Assembly: GCA_038241955.1 (NCBI GenBank)
Contig: JBBSSR010000008.1
Coordinates: 55,655 to 119,654, forward strand
Length of the DNA stretch: 64,000 nt
Source: Flavobacteriales bacterium
GTDB lineage: Bacteria; Bacteroidota; Bacteroidia; Flavobacteriales; Flavobacteriaceae
Reading direction: 5' to 3'
Of the stretch, positions 36,064 through 47,900 are shown one piece after another. How positions within the stretch are numbered: the stretch's first letter is position 1; every line of letters starts with the position of its first letter. The position numbers and the translations under genes were made by a program. The notes under the pieces were generated by a model that was not told the origin of the DNA, ran no database searches, and saw only the letters and a program-made list of their open reading frames with translations.

Positions 36064-37704
36064 ATGAAAACGAAATTTTTTCAAAAAAAATATATCATTC
36101 CACTTGTTGCCTCTGCATTTTTGTACGTGGGCGTTAGTTTTAAAGACGACTACTTTGAAATCGCGAAACAGCTTGAAATATTCACTACGCTATTCAAAGA
36201 ATTGAATAAAAATTACGTAGATGAAACCACACCTGCGGAACTAATGAATAATGCTATAAAAGGTATGCTCAGTTCGCTAGATCCTTACACCGTTTATTTT
36301 AACGAGCAGGAAGTGCTGAAGTTTAAAATAAATAATACTGGCGAATATACAGGTATCGGAGCTTTGATAACTCGCAAGAACGATAAATTAATCCTTAGAG
36401 AAACCTACAAAAATTTTCCTGCGGACAAAGCGGGACTGAAGCCTGGAGATGAAATCATTCAAATTGGCGACACACCATTGTCCGACTTTAAAGACGATGC
36501 TTCTCAGCTTTTAAAAGGATCAAAAAACACCAAAATAGACATTAAATACGTTCGTCAAGGGAAAACACTTTCAACAGTAATAATCTTGGATGAAGTTGAA
36601 ATAAAATCGGTTCCCTATTTTGGCAAGATAGATGACAAAACAGGTTACATTGTTCTAGCACGTTTTAACAATAAAGCTTCAAATGAAACTAGAGAAGCAT
36701 TAGAACAATTAAAAAGAGAAGGTGCGGAACGAATTGTACTTGATTTGAGAGACAATCCTGGTGGTTTACTAAATGAAGCGGTAAATATTTGCAATCTTTT
36801 TGTACCAAGAAATGAGGTTATTGTAACCACAAAATCGAAGATAGAGAAACACAACAACACCTACAAAACTTCTAAAGAGCCGATAGACACAAGAATTCCT
36901 TTAGTGATTTTGGTGAATGGTAGAAGTGCTTCGGCCTCCGAAATTGTTGCAGGTGCTTTGCAGGATATGGATCGAGCCGTAGTGCTAGGAAGCCGTAGTT
37001 TTGGAAAAGGATTAGTGCAAAGACCTGTAGAATTAACGTATGGCACCCAACTCAAAGTGACTATTTCCCGCTATTACACGCCGTCTGGCAGATGTATTCA
37101 AGCATTAGATTATGCCCATAAAGACAAAAATGGAGTCGCCATTCGAACAGATACTAAGAATTACAATGCTTTTAAAACAATAAAAGGAAGAGTCGTTTAT
37201 GATGGTGGTGGGATATTGCCAGACGTTGAAATGGAAGACACAAAAACGAGTCCTATAGCGAATGCGTTGCTAAAAAATGACGGTATTTTTAATTTTGCAA
37301 CAGCGTATTATTACAAAAACCCAGATCTAGGAACTAAAATTCCAGTTCTTACGGATGCGGATTATCTTGATTTTAAAAAGTTTCTGAAAGCACAAAATCT
37401 TACTTTCGATACAGAGACGGAAATTGCCTTGAAAAATACTTTAGCTACAGCCACAAAGGAAAAATTAGACGAATCGATTGCACCAGAATATCAGCAATTG
37501 CTAACGACACTTCAAAAAAGTGAGAATGCATTATTAGATAAAAACCAAAAAGAAATTAAAGGTTTATTGCTTGATGAGATCATAAAACGCTATCAATATC
37601 AAGAAGGACTGTACAATTATTACATAAAAAACAACCCTGAAATCAAAAAAGCAGTTACTATTTTAAGTAATCCGGTAGAGTACAATACGATTTTGAAAAA
37701 TTAA
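36064..37704 (+). CDS. S41 family C-terminal processing protease (CtpA/Prc-like) with PDZ domain
   Basis: LDPYT, GIGAL, LDLRDNPGGLL, SASASEIVAGALQD, SFGKGLVQ. Confidence 0.93.
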   Translation: MKTKFFQKKYIIPLVASAFLYVGVSFKDDYFEIAKQLEIFTTLFKELNKNYVDETTPAELMNNAIKGMLSSLDPYTVYFNEQEVLKFKINNTGEYTGIGALITRKNDKLILRETYKNFPADKAGLKPGDEIIQIGDTPLSDFKDDASQLLKGSKNTKIDIKYVRQGKTLSTVIILDEVEIKSVPYFGKIDDKTGYIVLARFNNKASNETREALEQLKREGAERIVLDLRDNPGGLLNEAVNICNLFVPRNEVIVTTKSKIEKHNNTYKTSKEPIDTRIPLVILVNGRSASASEIVAGALQDMDRAVVLGSRSFGKGLVQRPVELTYGTQLKVTISRYYTPSGRCIQALDYAHKDKNGVAIRTDTKNYNAFKTIKGRVVYDGGGILPDVEMEDTKTSPIANALLKNDGIFNFATAYYYKNPDLGTKIPVLTDADYLDFKKFLKAQNLTFDTETEIALKNTLATATKEKLDESIAPEYQQLLTTLQKSENALLDKNQKEIKGLLLDEIIKRYQYQEGLYNYYIKNNPEIKKAVTILSNPVEYNTILKN

Positions 37705-37745
37705 ACTACTTAATAGGCAAGTAACAGAAACATTATAAAAATATC

Positions 37746-37789
37746 GCCACAGATTAAAAATGATTTTCTTTAATCTGTGAATCTGTGGC
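37746..37789. repeat. GCCACAGATT...AATCTGTGGC hairpin between convergent genes
   Basis: Perfect 10-bp inverted arms with an internal duplicated aatctgtg. Confidence 0.65.
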
Positions 37790-37845
37790 AAAAAAATTTG
37801 CTATCAGTCCTCTTCGAAAAGCTGGACCGTCATCAAAACGAATAC

Positions 37846-38295
37846 TTATTTTATTTTAATCATCTCAATATGCGGAATATCATCTTCAAGATACATTTCG
37901 CTCGTTTGAACAAATCCATGACTTTCGTAGAATTTTTTGAGATACAATTGTGCGCCAATGGTAATGCGGCTTTCGCCAAAGTGAAGCAAGATCGCGGCAA
38001 TGGCTTCTTGCATTAATTCATGACCCCATTTTTTATCGCGATAATTGGCATCAACCGTTACTCTTCCTATCGACGCATTCTCGAAACTAATTCCTGCTTG
38101 AAAGAGTCTAGCGTGAGCAACAATTTTATTCTCAAAGATTCCAAAAAGATGTAGCGCTACTTTGTCCTTACCATCAAGATCAAGATAGACACAGTTTTGT
38201 TCGACTACAAAGATCGTACTCCGCAATTGTAGTATATCATACAATTCGAAGACAGTTAGTGACTCAAACGGCTTTATTTTCCATACTATAGACAT
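37846..38295 (-). CDS. ElaA-like GNAT N-acetyltransferase
   Basis: LRSTIFVVEQNCVYLDLDGKD, IGRV, GAQLYLKKFYESHGF, YLEDDIPHIEM. Confidence 0.9.
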   Translation of the reverse strand: MSIVWKIKPFESLTVFELYDILQLRSTIFVVEQNCVYLDLDGKDKVALHLFGIFENKIVAHARLFQAGISFENASIGRVTVDANYRDKKWGHELMQEAIAAILLHFGESRITIGAQLYLKKFYESHGFVQTSEMYLEDDIPHIEMIKIK

Positions 38296-38368
38296 TCGTA
38301 ACTTATTTTAAAATTATTGTAAAGAACAATAAACGCACATTGCAATTAAATGGGAATATTACTTGAAA

Positions 38369-39340
38369 TTATTGAACGTGAACACCTTCGATAATAGCTT
38401 GTAATTCATGCATGAAATTGCGCTTATCTCTCGAAGGTGAATAGGTAAAGCCTATTAATAGTAATGCTTTGTTTTTATCTGGATCTAAAATCATATAATT
38501 TACAAAAGGCCCCGACATAAAACTGTCCTTTAATCTCCAAGTTCCTTTTACTTGAAAGGTAACTCTTCCATCAATAGTCGCTGTGGAAAAATATGTTGGA
38601 TACGTTCGGTCAACAGACATAGTTGAAATAGATTCAGCACCCTTTATGTACAAAGCACCAATAGAATCTTGAACTTTCAACATCCTTTCGGTTATAGTTC
38701 TATCACTATAGGTAGTAGCTATAGGCACTTGAGTAATCAGTAAGCTTGAGCTGCCACTCATGAATTCTCTCTTTAGCCATATAAAATGATCTTTTTGAAG
38801 AACATAGTTGAAACCGATGGGAACTTTTATACCGATCTTAAATTGTTTGGCAATAATTCTTGGACTAAGTATCGAATCATTGAGTAGTCTTTGGTGCTCC
38901 GTTAATTCTCCTAATTTAATGATCTGAATCATTTTAGGAGCATTTTGTTCAATGATGTCAAGAATTCGCGACCTTGTTCTTCCGAAAATATGAAAGACAG
39001 TTTGAGGAGAAGCGTATTGATTTTTTTTTATTACAAAAGAATTCCTATCGTCTGTTTTTATTACGATAATCGTCCTGCTTTTGGTCATAAACCCTTCCAT
39101 CAAATTGATTGGATATTGATTAATGTCAAATTGCGGCTCTTCTTTTTGTAAGCCGTCAACAGGATTGGCAAATTTATTTCGAATGCTATCACCAATAACA
39201 CCATTCCATAACTTTTCGTCAATAACTAGGGAAATGGAATTGATTTTTCCTGAAGAAGCAGTAGGTATTTTATCTTTTTTCTTAGAACAAGAAAAAAGGG
39301 CTCCAATACAAAAGAATACTAAAACTAATGATTTATTCAT
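38369..39340 (-). CDS. DUF4837 family lipoprotein
   Basis: Lipobox FSC; EEPQFD; GTWRL...MSGPFVNY; SRDKRNFMHELQAI; adjacent to mltD. Confidence 0.78.
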   Translation of the reverse strand: MNKSLVLVFFCIGALFSCSKKKDKIPTASSGKINSISLVIDEKLWNGVIGDSIRNKFANPVDGLQKEEPQFDINQYPINLMEGFMTKSRTIIVIKTDDRNSFVIKKNQYASPQTVFHIFGRTRSRILDIIEQNAPKMIQIIKLGELTEHQRLLNDSILSPRIIAKQFKIGIKVPIGFNYVLQKDHFIWLKREFMSGSSSLLITQVPIATTYSDRTITERMLKVQDSIGALYIKGAESISTMSVDRTYPTYFSTATIDGRVTFQVKGTWRLKDSFMSGPFVNYMILDPDKNKALLLIGFTYSPSRDKRNFMHELQAIIEGVHVQ

Positions 39341-39388
39341 TGAAAGCTAATTATCGAATAGACTTCAAATTTATAGAAGTTTATTGTA

Positions 39389-41401
39389 TTATAGCAGAAT
39401 TTTAAGTCCCATTCCTGGTTTTAATTCGTCACCAGTAATATTATTCCATTCTTTTAAGTCAGAAACAGTAACACCCGGATATTGTTTAGAAATGCTAAAC
39501 AGTGAATCTCCTTTCTTTACTAAGTAATTAGCTTCTTGACTTTTAACATCAACAATAGACTTATCTTTTTTCTTAAAGGAATCAGCATTAGCATTGTTTG
39601 TAACAACGACAGCTTCATTTTTAGTCACAATTAAAGACTTTCCAATCGCAAGTGTAGCGCCTGATAAATTATTCCATTGTTTGATATCCTTAAGAGATGA
39701 ACCGAATTTTTTAGCAATGCTTTCTAAATTGTCTCCTTTTTGAACCACGTAGTGTGCGATTTTATCATCAGAAACTTCAACAATTTGACCTTCATTATTA
39801 ATTTGATTGCTTGAAACTTGCAAAAATGCCCCTAATCTAACGTTATTAGTCGTAAGGTTATTCCATTCTTTAAGTTCTGCTACAGTGACATTATTTTTAC
39901 TAGCTATAGCGCCTAGATTATCACCTTTCACTACAGTATAAAATCCAACCGAACAAGAACTTAAACTATCATTGTTTCTGACTTTAGATTCTGCAAGAAC
40001 AACTTTAGGAGCTTCAGCTACAACACTACTACTTTTCGCCATGATAGCAATGGCCTTATCAGTTGTACCCGCGGTCATTATCTTTAAAGATTTACCATAA
40101 GCAATCGTATTACCTTTTAAATGATTCCATTTCTTAAGATCAGCAACAGAAACATTATTTTTGTCAGCAATAGCTCCTAAATTATCTCCGCGCTTTACTT
40201 TGTAAAACTTAGTTCTAGCAACATAGCTTGTTCTAGATGAACTATTGACACTATTAGAGTTTCTCCAGTCAATCGTTTTCTCTTTTTTATTTCCTTGATA
40301 CGCTGCGTAGGCATAAATTTTATCTTCATTTGCAGCAAATACAGCCGCTTTTTTTATAGGTAATGTTAAAAAGTGATTTCTATCGTTATAATACGGCACA
40401 ACATTTCTTTTGTATGAAGGGTTAAGTGCTTCTAGTTGTGCGACAGGAACATCCAGTAAATCTGATATCTGTGCAAAAGACATTTCTCTCTTTATCATAA
40501 TCGTATCAGTCTCAAAATGCTGTACAACTGCTTTTTTAGGAACAATACCATGTGCTGTGTGGTACTCATAAATATACATTGTCGCTAGAAAAGCTGGAAC
40601 GTAGCCTTGCGTTTCCTTCGGTAAATTTTTCTTTATATTCCAAAAATTACGCAGACCACCAGAACGTCGAATAGCTTTGGTAACATTTCCAGGTCCAGAA
40701 TTATATGAGGCAAGTACTAAATCCCAATCGTTAAAAATACTAAACATATTGCTCATATACTGGGCTGCTGCTGTCGATGATTTTAATGGATCACTTCTTT
40801 CATCAACATAGGAATCAATATTTAAATTAAATTGTTTTCCAGTATGATACATAAATTGCCACAGTCCTGTAGAACCCATTTTTGAAACTGCTTTCGGATT
40901 TAAAGCTGATTCTACAACGGCCAAATATTTAATTTCTAAAGGCACATTTAACTTTGCCAATGCTTCTTCAAAAATAGGAAAGTAATATTCTGAGATTGCC
41001 ATTTGATTTTCAAATGCTTTTCTTCTATGCTTTAAAAATGATTTAATTAAATTCTCTAGACCTTGATTGTATTCAATGTTAAAAGGAGACTTAGCATCCA
41101 TAGCCGCTAAACGCTCTTTTAATAATGTTGTAGGTAACTCATTGTCTATATCCTTATCAATGTTAACCGTATTGATTTCGGTATCAACATCAGCATACAA
41201 ATCAAAATTAATAACTTGATTCATCCATAAACTATCTACTCTCTGTGTAGTGTCATACGAAACAAAACTGTTCTTAATCGAGTCTAGATAAGATTCTGAA
41301 CCATTTACATTTGAACTTCCATCCTTTGTCGAATAATTTTGAGAAAAACCAACAAATGAAAGAAAAAACAAAAAGGCTGTAGTGGTATTTTTTAAAGTCA
41401 T
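39389..41401 (-). CDS. mltD: Membrane-bound lytic murein transglycosylase D with SLT and four LysM domains
   Basis: AVVESAL, GLWQFM, ASYNSG, ETQGYVP; four V(K/Q)xGD(N/S)L LysM repeats. Confidence 0.9.
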   Translation of the reverse strand: MTLKNTTTAFLFFLSFVGFSQNYSTKDGSSNVNGSESYLDSIKNSFVSYDTTQRVDSLWMNQVINFDLYADVDTEINTVNIDKDIDNELPTTLLKERLAAMDAKSPFNIEYNQGLENLIKSFLKHRRKAFENQMAISEYYFPIFEEALAKLNVPLEIKYLAVVESALNPKAVSKMGSTGLWQFMYHTGKQFNLNIDSYVDERSDPLKSSTAAAQYMSNMFSIFNDWDLVLASYNSGPGNVTKAIRRSGGLRNFWNIKKNLPKETQGYVPAFLATMYIYEYHTAHGIVPKKAVVQHFETDTIMIKREMSFAQISDLLDVPVAQLEALNPSYKRNVVPYYNDRNHFLTLPIKKAAVFAANEDKIYAYAAYQGNKKEKTIDWRNSNSVNSSSRTSYVARTKFYKVKRGDNLGAIADKNNVSVADLKKWNHLKGNTIAYGKSLKIMTAGTTDKAIAIMAKSSSVVAEAPKVVLAESKVRNNDSLSSCSVGFYTVVKGDNLGAIASKNNVTVAELKEWNNLTTNNVRLGAFLQVSSNQINNEGQIVEVSDDKIAHYVVQKGDNLESIAKKFGSSLKDIKQWNNLSGATLAIGKSLIVTKNEAVVVTNNANADSFKKKDKSIVDVKSQEANYLVKKGDSLFSISKQYPGVTVSDLKEWNNITGDELKPGMGLKILL

Positions 41402-41635
41402 AAATATATTTTCAAAGTGCTATTATTCACTGAATTACAAAATCTTGGGTTGCAAACATACTAGGAATATTTTAGAAACAAAAATGAAACATGTTAAAAG
41501 AACTAATAAAACCGTTGAACTACGTGAACGTAAGATATTTGTAAGTAATAACAATCAAACAAATGTTAAAAATAAAAAAGAAATATATTATAATTAGTTA
41601 TAAATCATTAAAGTACCCTAAAAAATTAAATATAC

Positions 41636-41673
41636 AAAAAAATCCCTAAGCACAAAACAATGCCAAGGGATTT
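41636..41673 (-). terminator. Probable intrinsic terminator after pgk
   Basis: aaatccct...agggattt stem with a U-tract on the minus strand. Confidence 0.55.
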
Positions 41674-41735
41674 CTCTTTAAACCATCAATATCTTTAAAA
41701 ATAAAATTAAACTTTTTAGTAAAATCAAAATTGTC

Positions 41736-42923
41736 TTACTCTAAAATAGCCGCTATTCCGGGCAATGTTTTCCCTTCAAGCATTTCTAACATAGCACCAC
41801 CACCTGTAGAAACGTAACTCATTTTTTCTTCTAGTCCAAATTGCTTCACGGCAGCAACAGAGTCGCCACCTCCCACTAGTGAGAAAGCACCTTTTTCAGT
41901 CGAATTCGCAATATAATTACCTAGAGCAATGGTACCTTTTGCAAAATTTTCCATTTCAAAAACACCAAGAGGTCCGTTCCAAAGAATAGTTTTAGATTCC
42001 ATAATGACTTTTTCAAAAATTGCTAATGATTTAGGCCCTGCATCAAGACCTTGCCAACCGTCTGGTATTTTATCAACGTCTACAATTTGAGTTTCAGCAG
42101 TATTCGAAAAATCATTTGCTGCAATAACGTCAACAGGAATATGAATTTGCACGCCTTTTTCTTTCGCTAATCGCAATATCTCTAATGCTAATTCCTGTTT
42201 ATCATCTTCACAGATAGAGTCTCCTATTTTTCCTCCTAACGCTTTTACGAAAGTAAACGTCATTCCGCCACCAATAATCATGTGATCTACCTTGTCTAAA
42301 ATGTTTTCAATCACTGTAATTTTCGAAGATACTTTGGAGCCACCAAGAACTGCCGTTACCGGTTTTTCGCTATTCTTTAAAACTTTATTCAAGCTTTCAA
42401 TTTCTTTAGCTAGCAAAAGACCAAAACATTTATTCTCCGGAAAAAATTGAGCAATAATCGTTGTTGAGGCATGCGCTCTATGTGCCGTTCCAAAAGCGTC
42501 ATTGACATAAATATCACCTAGTGAAGCCAATTCTTTTGCAAAATCAACATCTCCAGCTTCTTCTTCATCATGAAAACGCAAATTTTCTAATAACAAAACT
42601 TCACCTGGCTGTAAATTTTTATCAGCCTTTTTAGCTTCTTCACCAACACAGTCAGACACAAACTGAACAGGAACACCTAAAACTTCTGAGGTAGTCTTTA
42701 ATATATGTTTTAAAGAGTATTTTTCTTGAACTCCTTTTGGTCGGCCTAAATGTGACATTAAGATCACACTGCCGCCTTGTGCAAGAATTGCAACTATAGT
42801 CGGTTTTGCCGCTTCAATACGAGTAGCATCGGTAACCTTGAAGTTCTCATCTAATGGAACATTAAAATCTACACGAATTATTGCTTTTTTATTCTTGAAA
42901 TCAAAATTATGTAACGTTTTCAT
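41736..42923 (-). CDS. pgk: Phosphoglycerate kinase
   Basis: [35 protein letters not shown]. Confidence 0.98.
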   Translation of the reverse strand: MKTLHNFDFKNKKAIIRVDFNVPLDENFKVTDATRIEAAKPTIVAILAQGGSVILMSHLGRPKGVQEKYSLKHILKTTSEVLGVPVQFVSDCVGEEAKKADKNLQPGEVLLLENLRFHDEEEAGDVDFAKELASLGDIYVNDAFGTAHRAHASTTIIAQFFPENKCFGLLLAKEIESLNKVLKNSEKPVTAVLGGSKVSSKITVIENILDKVDHMIIGGGMTFTFVKALGGKIGDSICEDDKQELALEILRLAKEKGVQIHIPVDVIAANDFSNTAETQIVDVDKIPDGWQGLDAGPKSLAIFEKVIMESKTILWNGPLGVFEMENFAKGTIALGNYIANSTEKGAFSLVGGGDSVAAVKQFGLEEKMSYVSTGGGAMLEMLEGKTLPGIAAILE

Positions 42924-43070
42924 TGTTTTTATTTTTGTTTTATTTTAAGATTTTACTTTAATTTAAAATATATCTAAACCTGCTTTTAAATTCTAAAAAG
43001 TATTGTTTAAAAAATGTTATATGTAATCAATAGAAACACTAACATCAATTCGCATATTTTAAGCTGTTTC

Positions 43071-43110
43071 AAAAAAATAAAGCGCTATAATTTTTTGATT
43101 TATAACGCTT
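43071..43110 (-). terminator. Probable terminator after the lipoprotein gene
   Basis: aagcgctataa...ttataacgctt stem (1 G-U pair) with an adjacent A/T run. Confidence 0.45.
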
Positions 43111-43127
43111 TTTAAGTGATTACTTGT

Positions 43128-43712
43128 TTATTCCTTTTTATTTTGTTGCCATAGTTCCATAGCCTTACTTACCTCATTGTAATTCTTAAGATCAACTTTC
43201 TGAGCCAACATAAAAGTTCCAAGATTGCCGCCAACTGCCACAATCTTAAATTTATAATCAGTGATTTTATAAATGGATAACTCTGGTAAAGTAGCAGTTG
43301 CATTTCGTCTAACAAAGAAATAATGTAATTTCACACTGCCTGGAACTGTTTCAAAGGCAATGTTGTAATCAAATGCTAGACTGAAATCTGTAAACTGATA
43401 AGGCAGCGGTTCCCATTGGTCATTATTAGAGGAATTAGGCGTAAAATAAACCAAGACCATACCATTATCAAGTACATCTTGTGTAATGGAACTATTGTTT
43501 CTTACATAGTATCGGGAATAATACGAAGAGCTACTAGATGGAGAGGTTTTAAATGAGTAGCTGGAGTTCCAAAGCCAGTCGGCTGATGTTAAAGAGAAAA
43601 CATCTGTTTTTACATTCGCATTTCCTTCAGGACCAACTTCCCCGTCCTTACTGCATGAAACAAAAAATAAAACGGCAATTAGAGGGATGATATAAAAACT
43701 AACTTTTTTCAT
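43128..43712 (-). CDS. Hypothetical surface lipoprotein with a short collagen-like Gly-X-Y segment
   Basis: Lipobox FVSC-SKDG, then GEVGPEG; YTF/LPYQF-type beta domain. Confidence 0.75.
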   Translation of the reverse strand: MKKVSFYIIPLIAVLFFVSCSKDGEVGPEGNANVKTDVFSLTSADWLWNSSYSFKTSPSSSSSYYSRYYVRNNSSITQDVLDNGMVLVYFTPNSSNNDQWEPLPYQFTDFSLAFDYNIAFETVPGSVKLHYFFVRRNATATLPELSIYKITDYKFKIVAVGGNLGTFMLAQKVDLKNYNEVSKAMELWQQNKKE

Positions 43713-43941
43713 AAATAATGTTTTTTAATTATTTGACTTTAGTGAGTAAATTACATCTTTAAAATCCAGTCTAATCTGCTCTGCTAATTTCTAAACTACG
43801 CAGATAGAATGAATTATTGATCTAATTTTATAACAAATATAGAATAATTAAAGTTCCTAATCCAAAACAAAATGAGAAATTGGTAACGAAATCGATATAA
43901 ATCTAATAAAATCATACATTTTAAGTTAAAAAAAGAGCTCT

Positions 43942-43969
43942 AAAAAAAAGATGCACAATGTGCATCTTT
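43942..43969 (-). terminator. Intrinsic terminator after sprF
   Basis: aaagatgcac-aat-gtgcatcttt perfect 10-bp stem plus a U-tract on the minus strand. Confidence 0.7.
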
Positions 43970-43997
43970 ATATATCTATAATAATTATCTGGGTTTA

Positions 43998-44957
43998 CTA
44001 ATCATGGACCGGATTCTCAGTACATGGACAATTACTGACCCCTTGTAAGAATCTAAGTCCTATTGTTAACGAATGCGTACCAGAATTATAAGATGCTAGA
44101 TCATTTAAGGTTATTTGATACGAATAACCCATAGTAAATATTCCTTTTTGAAAACCTACAATAGGACCTACACCAAGTGGCTTGCCAATCTGATCATTTA
44201 AAAAACGATACGAAGCTCCTACCCAATAGTACTCCTCATACCTGTTGAATTTTCTATATTTAATGTTTAAATCCGTACTAGAACGTCCATCACTTTGAAA
44301 CAATTGGTAAAACGCAGATGGTTCTATCTCGGCTCTGTTTCCAATATTAAAAGTGTAACCAGTATACAATTGGTAATTCGTAAGCAAATTAGGCTCCAAT
44401 TTAGTAGTTGTAAAATCGAGGTTTTTCTGCAAAATATTGGTAGCGTTCAAACTAGCATAGAATGGTCCGAAACGATACAATAAACCAACCTCAAAATTAT
44501 TATTGTTTGTTGATCTATCATCAGTAATTCCTGAATCTGGGCTAGAAGGGTCCATATTAGAAATATCTAATTTAAAAGAATTATAAATATACGAAATACC
44601 AAAAGATAAATATTGTTTAGAATAATAATCTAAAATAATGTGGTGTGCAAAAGTTACTTTCGCACCAGCTTGCTTGGTATACCCATTGCTGTCATTATAC
44701 AATGACAATCCCACACCTGACTTTTCTAAGACCCTAAAATCGGCATAAAGTGCCTGACTTCTGGGAGCGTCTTTTACACCGACCCATTGCATGTAGCCGT
44801 TTAGATTTATCCTGAAATTATCACCAATTCCAGCATAACTGGGTGATACAATAAAAGGATTATCGGCTAAATATTGAGTGGCTACTGGAACATTCAACTC
44901 TTGGCTGTAACTATACGTTACAGCTAAGAGTGAAAAGTATATAATATATTTTTTCAT
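43998..44957 (-). CDS. sprF: PorP/SprF family type IX secretion beta-barrel
   Basis: QYLADNPFIVSPSYAG, QWVGVKDAPRSQ, GVGLSLYND, GTHSLTIG; directly downstream of the type B CTD adhesin. Confidence 0.88.
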   Translation of the reverse strand: MKKYIIYFSLLAVTYSYSQELNVPVATQYLADNPFIVSPSYAGIGDNFRINLNGYMQWVGVKDAPRSQALYADFRVLEKSGVGLSLYNDSNGYTKQAGAKVTFAHHIILDYYSKQYLSFGISYIYNSFKLDISNMDPSSPDSGITDDRSTNNNNFEVGLLYRFGPFYASLNATNILQKNLDFTTTKLEPNLLTNYQLYTGYTFNIGNRAEIEPSAFYQLFQSDGRSSTDLNIKYRKFNRYEEYYWVGASYRFLNDQIGKPLGVGPIVGFQKGIFTMGYSYQITLNDLASYNSGTHSLTIGLRFLQGVSNCPCTENPVHD

Positions 44958-44998
44958 TTTATAGAATTTAATTAGTTAGATAACAGGCTCACAATTCG

Positions 44999-47900
44999 TT
45001 ATCTATACAGCGTGAAGTGACCAATAAACTCACGATCATCTTTGCTGTTTTTAAGTTTCAAGATATACCAGTAATCCCCCATCGGAAGCTCTGTACCTTT
45101 GTATTTACCATCCCAAGACTGACCGGCTCCAAAACGACCTACTTCACGACTATAACGATCGTACACTACGAACTCTATATCTGGATAGTTATTTGTGTTT
45201 GTAGGTTCCCAAGTATCATTCGTACCATCTCCATTTGGCGTAAAGATATTTGGTATTTTAATATCTATAAATACGAACGGTTGTGTAACGGTAAACGTAC
45301 ATCCATTAGTATCTGTCACAGTAACCGTATAGTCACCAGTATGATAATAAATGTATTTATTGTTAGAACCATTATCCTCACCATTAAAAGTGTATTGATA
45401 CACACCAGATCCACCTGTTGCAGTAGCTACAATCTCATTTAAACCTCCCTGTGCCAAAGTCATAGTAAGAGGATCTACTTGATCGATTGTGAATGGATCC
45501 GTCGCATCAATACAAGTGTTTTTATGGTGTGCCATTATAAAGTGAGGGCCAGGACTAAGATTAGTAAATACATTACTAGCTTGCTCGACACCCGTTCCAT
45601 CTAGAGAGTACGTCACATCAGCAGGGTTATTACTTGGGTCAATCTTCACAATAACCTTATTTGCAGGCATGTCATTTACACAGTCATAATCAACGGTTGC
45701 AATTGGATTTAAAGTAACGGCTTTATCTAATTGCACAATCAATTCAAATGTACACTTATTGGCATCTTTAATGTACACCGTATGTGTACCACCTGTTAAA
45801 CCAGTAAACCTTACTTTATCTTGAACAAACGTTCCTTTAGGTTCGTCTAAACTAGTGCTATATGGCGCAGTACCTCCCGAGATTGTAATAGTGAAAGCTC
45901 CTGTTTTGTCTCCAGCACAATACTCTTGGTCAATAGACCCAGGAACTACAGAAGCGTTAATTGAAACTGGTTCTTTAATCTCGATTTGATCTGGAATAAA
46001 GCAACCGTTTTCATCTTGAGTTATAAAATCATATATTCCTGGCGCCAAATTGTTAAAACTGTGACCTCCTGTCATGTTACCAGTAAAGAACTGATTTAAA
46101 TTAGGAGAAATCGCATACTTAATGATTCCTGTACCACCTGAGGCCGTAATCACTATTTTACCATCACCATTACCATTACATGTAACAGATACAGCTATAG
46201 CTGTTGCACTCAATACAGTATCAGGTTGCTTAATTTCGAAAGGTCCTTTAGTTAATTCACAATCACCACCACTTACTACATTAACATAATAAATTCCTGC
46301 AGGCAATTTAGTGAAGTTTCCAGGAGAATCCTGTGTTACTCCAGCAATTGGCGTATTCGTAGCATCTACTAAAGTGTAAAGGTAATTACCTAGACCACCT
46401 TTGGCAACAGCCACAATAACACCTGTTAAGTCATCTCTACATTTAACAACTGCGTTTTTAACATCGGTATCAAAGTCTAATGGTTCTAATGGATCGTTTT
46501 TAATGTCATTAGAAACTAAACTAACACAATTATTAAAGTCACGTACATAGTAATGGAATGTACCATTTGCTACTGGGAAAGTAGCTGTATTTCCAACCAT
46601 AGCAATAGGCGCTGCAAAACTTGCATCTGCACTGTACGTATAAGGAGCAGTTCCTCCAGTCGCTGTAAGCGTCAATGTAGATTGCGTTAAACAAGTTTGC
46701 GAAGTTGCTAAAACCAAACTAGCTTCTACAATGGTAGGTTCTGTAATGGTAACTACAGCAGAAGTTGCTGTACAACCCCAACCATCCGTCACTGTAATAG
46801 TATAAGTACCCGCTCCTAATCCTGTAAATGCAGGATTCGTTTGAGGACCAGACGACTCTACTGGTGTAAGAGACGTATAATTTAAAGTATATGAATAATT
46901 ACTTCCATCACCACCTGTAACTCCAGAAGCTGTAATTGTCGCAGATTTATCGCCAAAACAAGAAACAGTTGGCGTAATTGCGGCTGCAGTTACTGTTATT
47001 GCTGTAGGATTAGCTAGGATCACAGTTGTTGTTTTAACACAACCTTTACTGTCTTTAACATTTATTGTATATACACCTACACTTAAGTTTTCATAATAAG
47101 TAGTCGTAGAGTAAGGAGAGAATGGATTTCCATCTTTCAATACTGCAAATTCATAACCACCATCCCATCCACCAATGGCAGAAACAGTAATAGTACCGTC
47201 ATTTCCAGGAACACATGTTATTTCAGTATGTGTTTCGGAAAGTACTAAAGCAGCTACTGGTTGATCGATAGTAAAACTAGTAGAAACAGAACAGAAAGGA
47301 GTATTTACCAATTCTGCTGTAACGGTATACAAACCAGCTGTTAAATTAGAAAGCGTAAGATCTACTGAAGTAGTCGTTCCGTTACTAGGTACTGGTCCTG
47401 TAACAACATACTTATAAATACCAGCATTATCAGGAGGAGTCAATAGATCTACAAGAGTCACCTTTACTTGTCCTTCATCTGAACCATAACAAATTACATC
47501 ACTGTTTTTAGCCACTTTCAATTGGAAAGTGTTTGGATTTATAACATAATGAACCGTTTCGATAGTACAAGATGTCAATGCATTAGTAGCCGTAATTCTA
47601 TAGTTACCAATTAATAAACCTGTAAATATACCTGTGTTATTTGTTTGTGTAACAGCTGTCGTCGTTTCCGTAATCACGTATGTAAGTCCTAAAATAGGAT
47701 TGTTAGCTGCATCTACAGCCGTAGCAGTAATGTCTTCAAGAGTAGCACAAGTGATAAAGTTATTAACCACTACATTTATTTTAACCATAGGAATAAATGC
47801 ATCGATTACTACATTAGCTACAGTACTTCCTTGACAACCTTTATTATCAAATACAGTGACAACATAAGTACCACCAGCAAAATTAGATTCTATATAAGAA

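Noticed and set aside
1276-41597. Other short overlapping ORFs in the track (e.g. 1276-1599, 4125-4373, 13043-13279, 18041-18349, 37777-38016, 41382-41597)
   Set aside because: They overlap well-supported genes on the opposite strand or in another frame, or lie in AT-rich/repeat DNA, with no recognisable domains.
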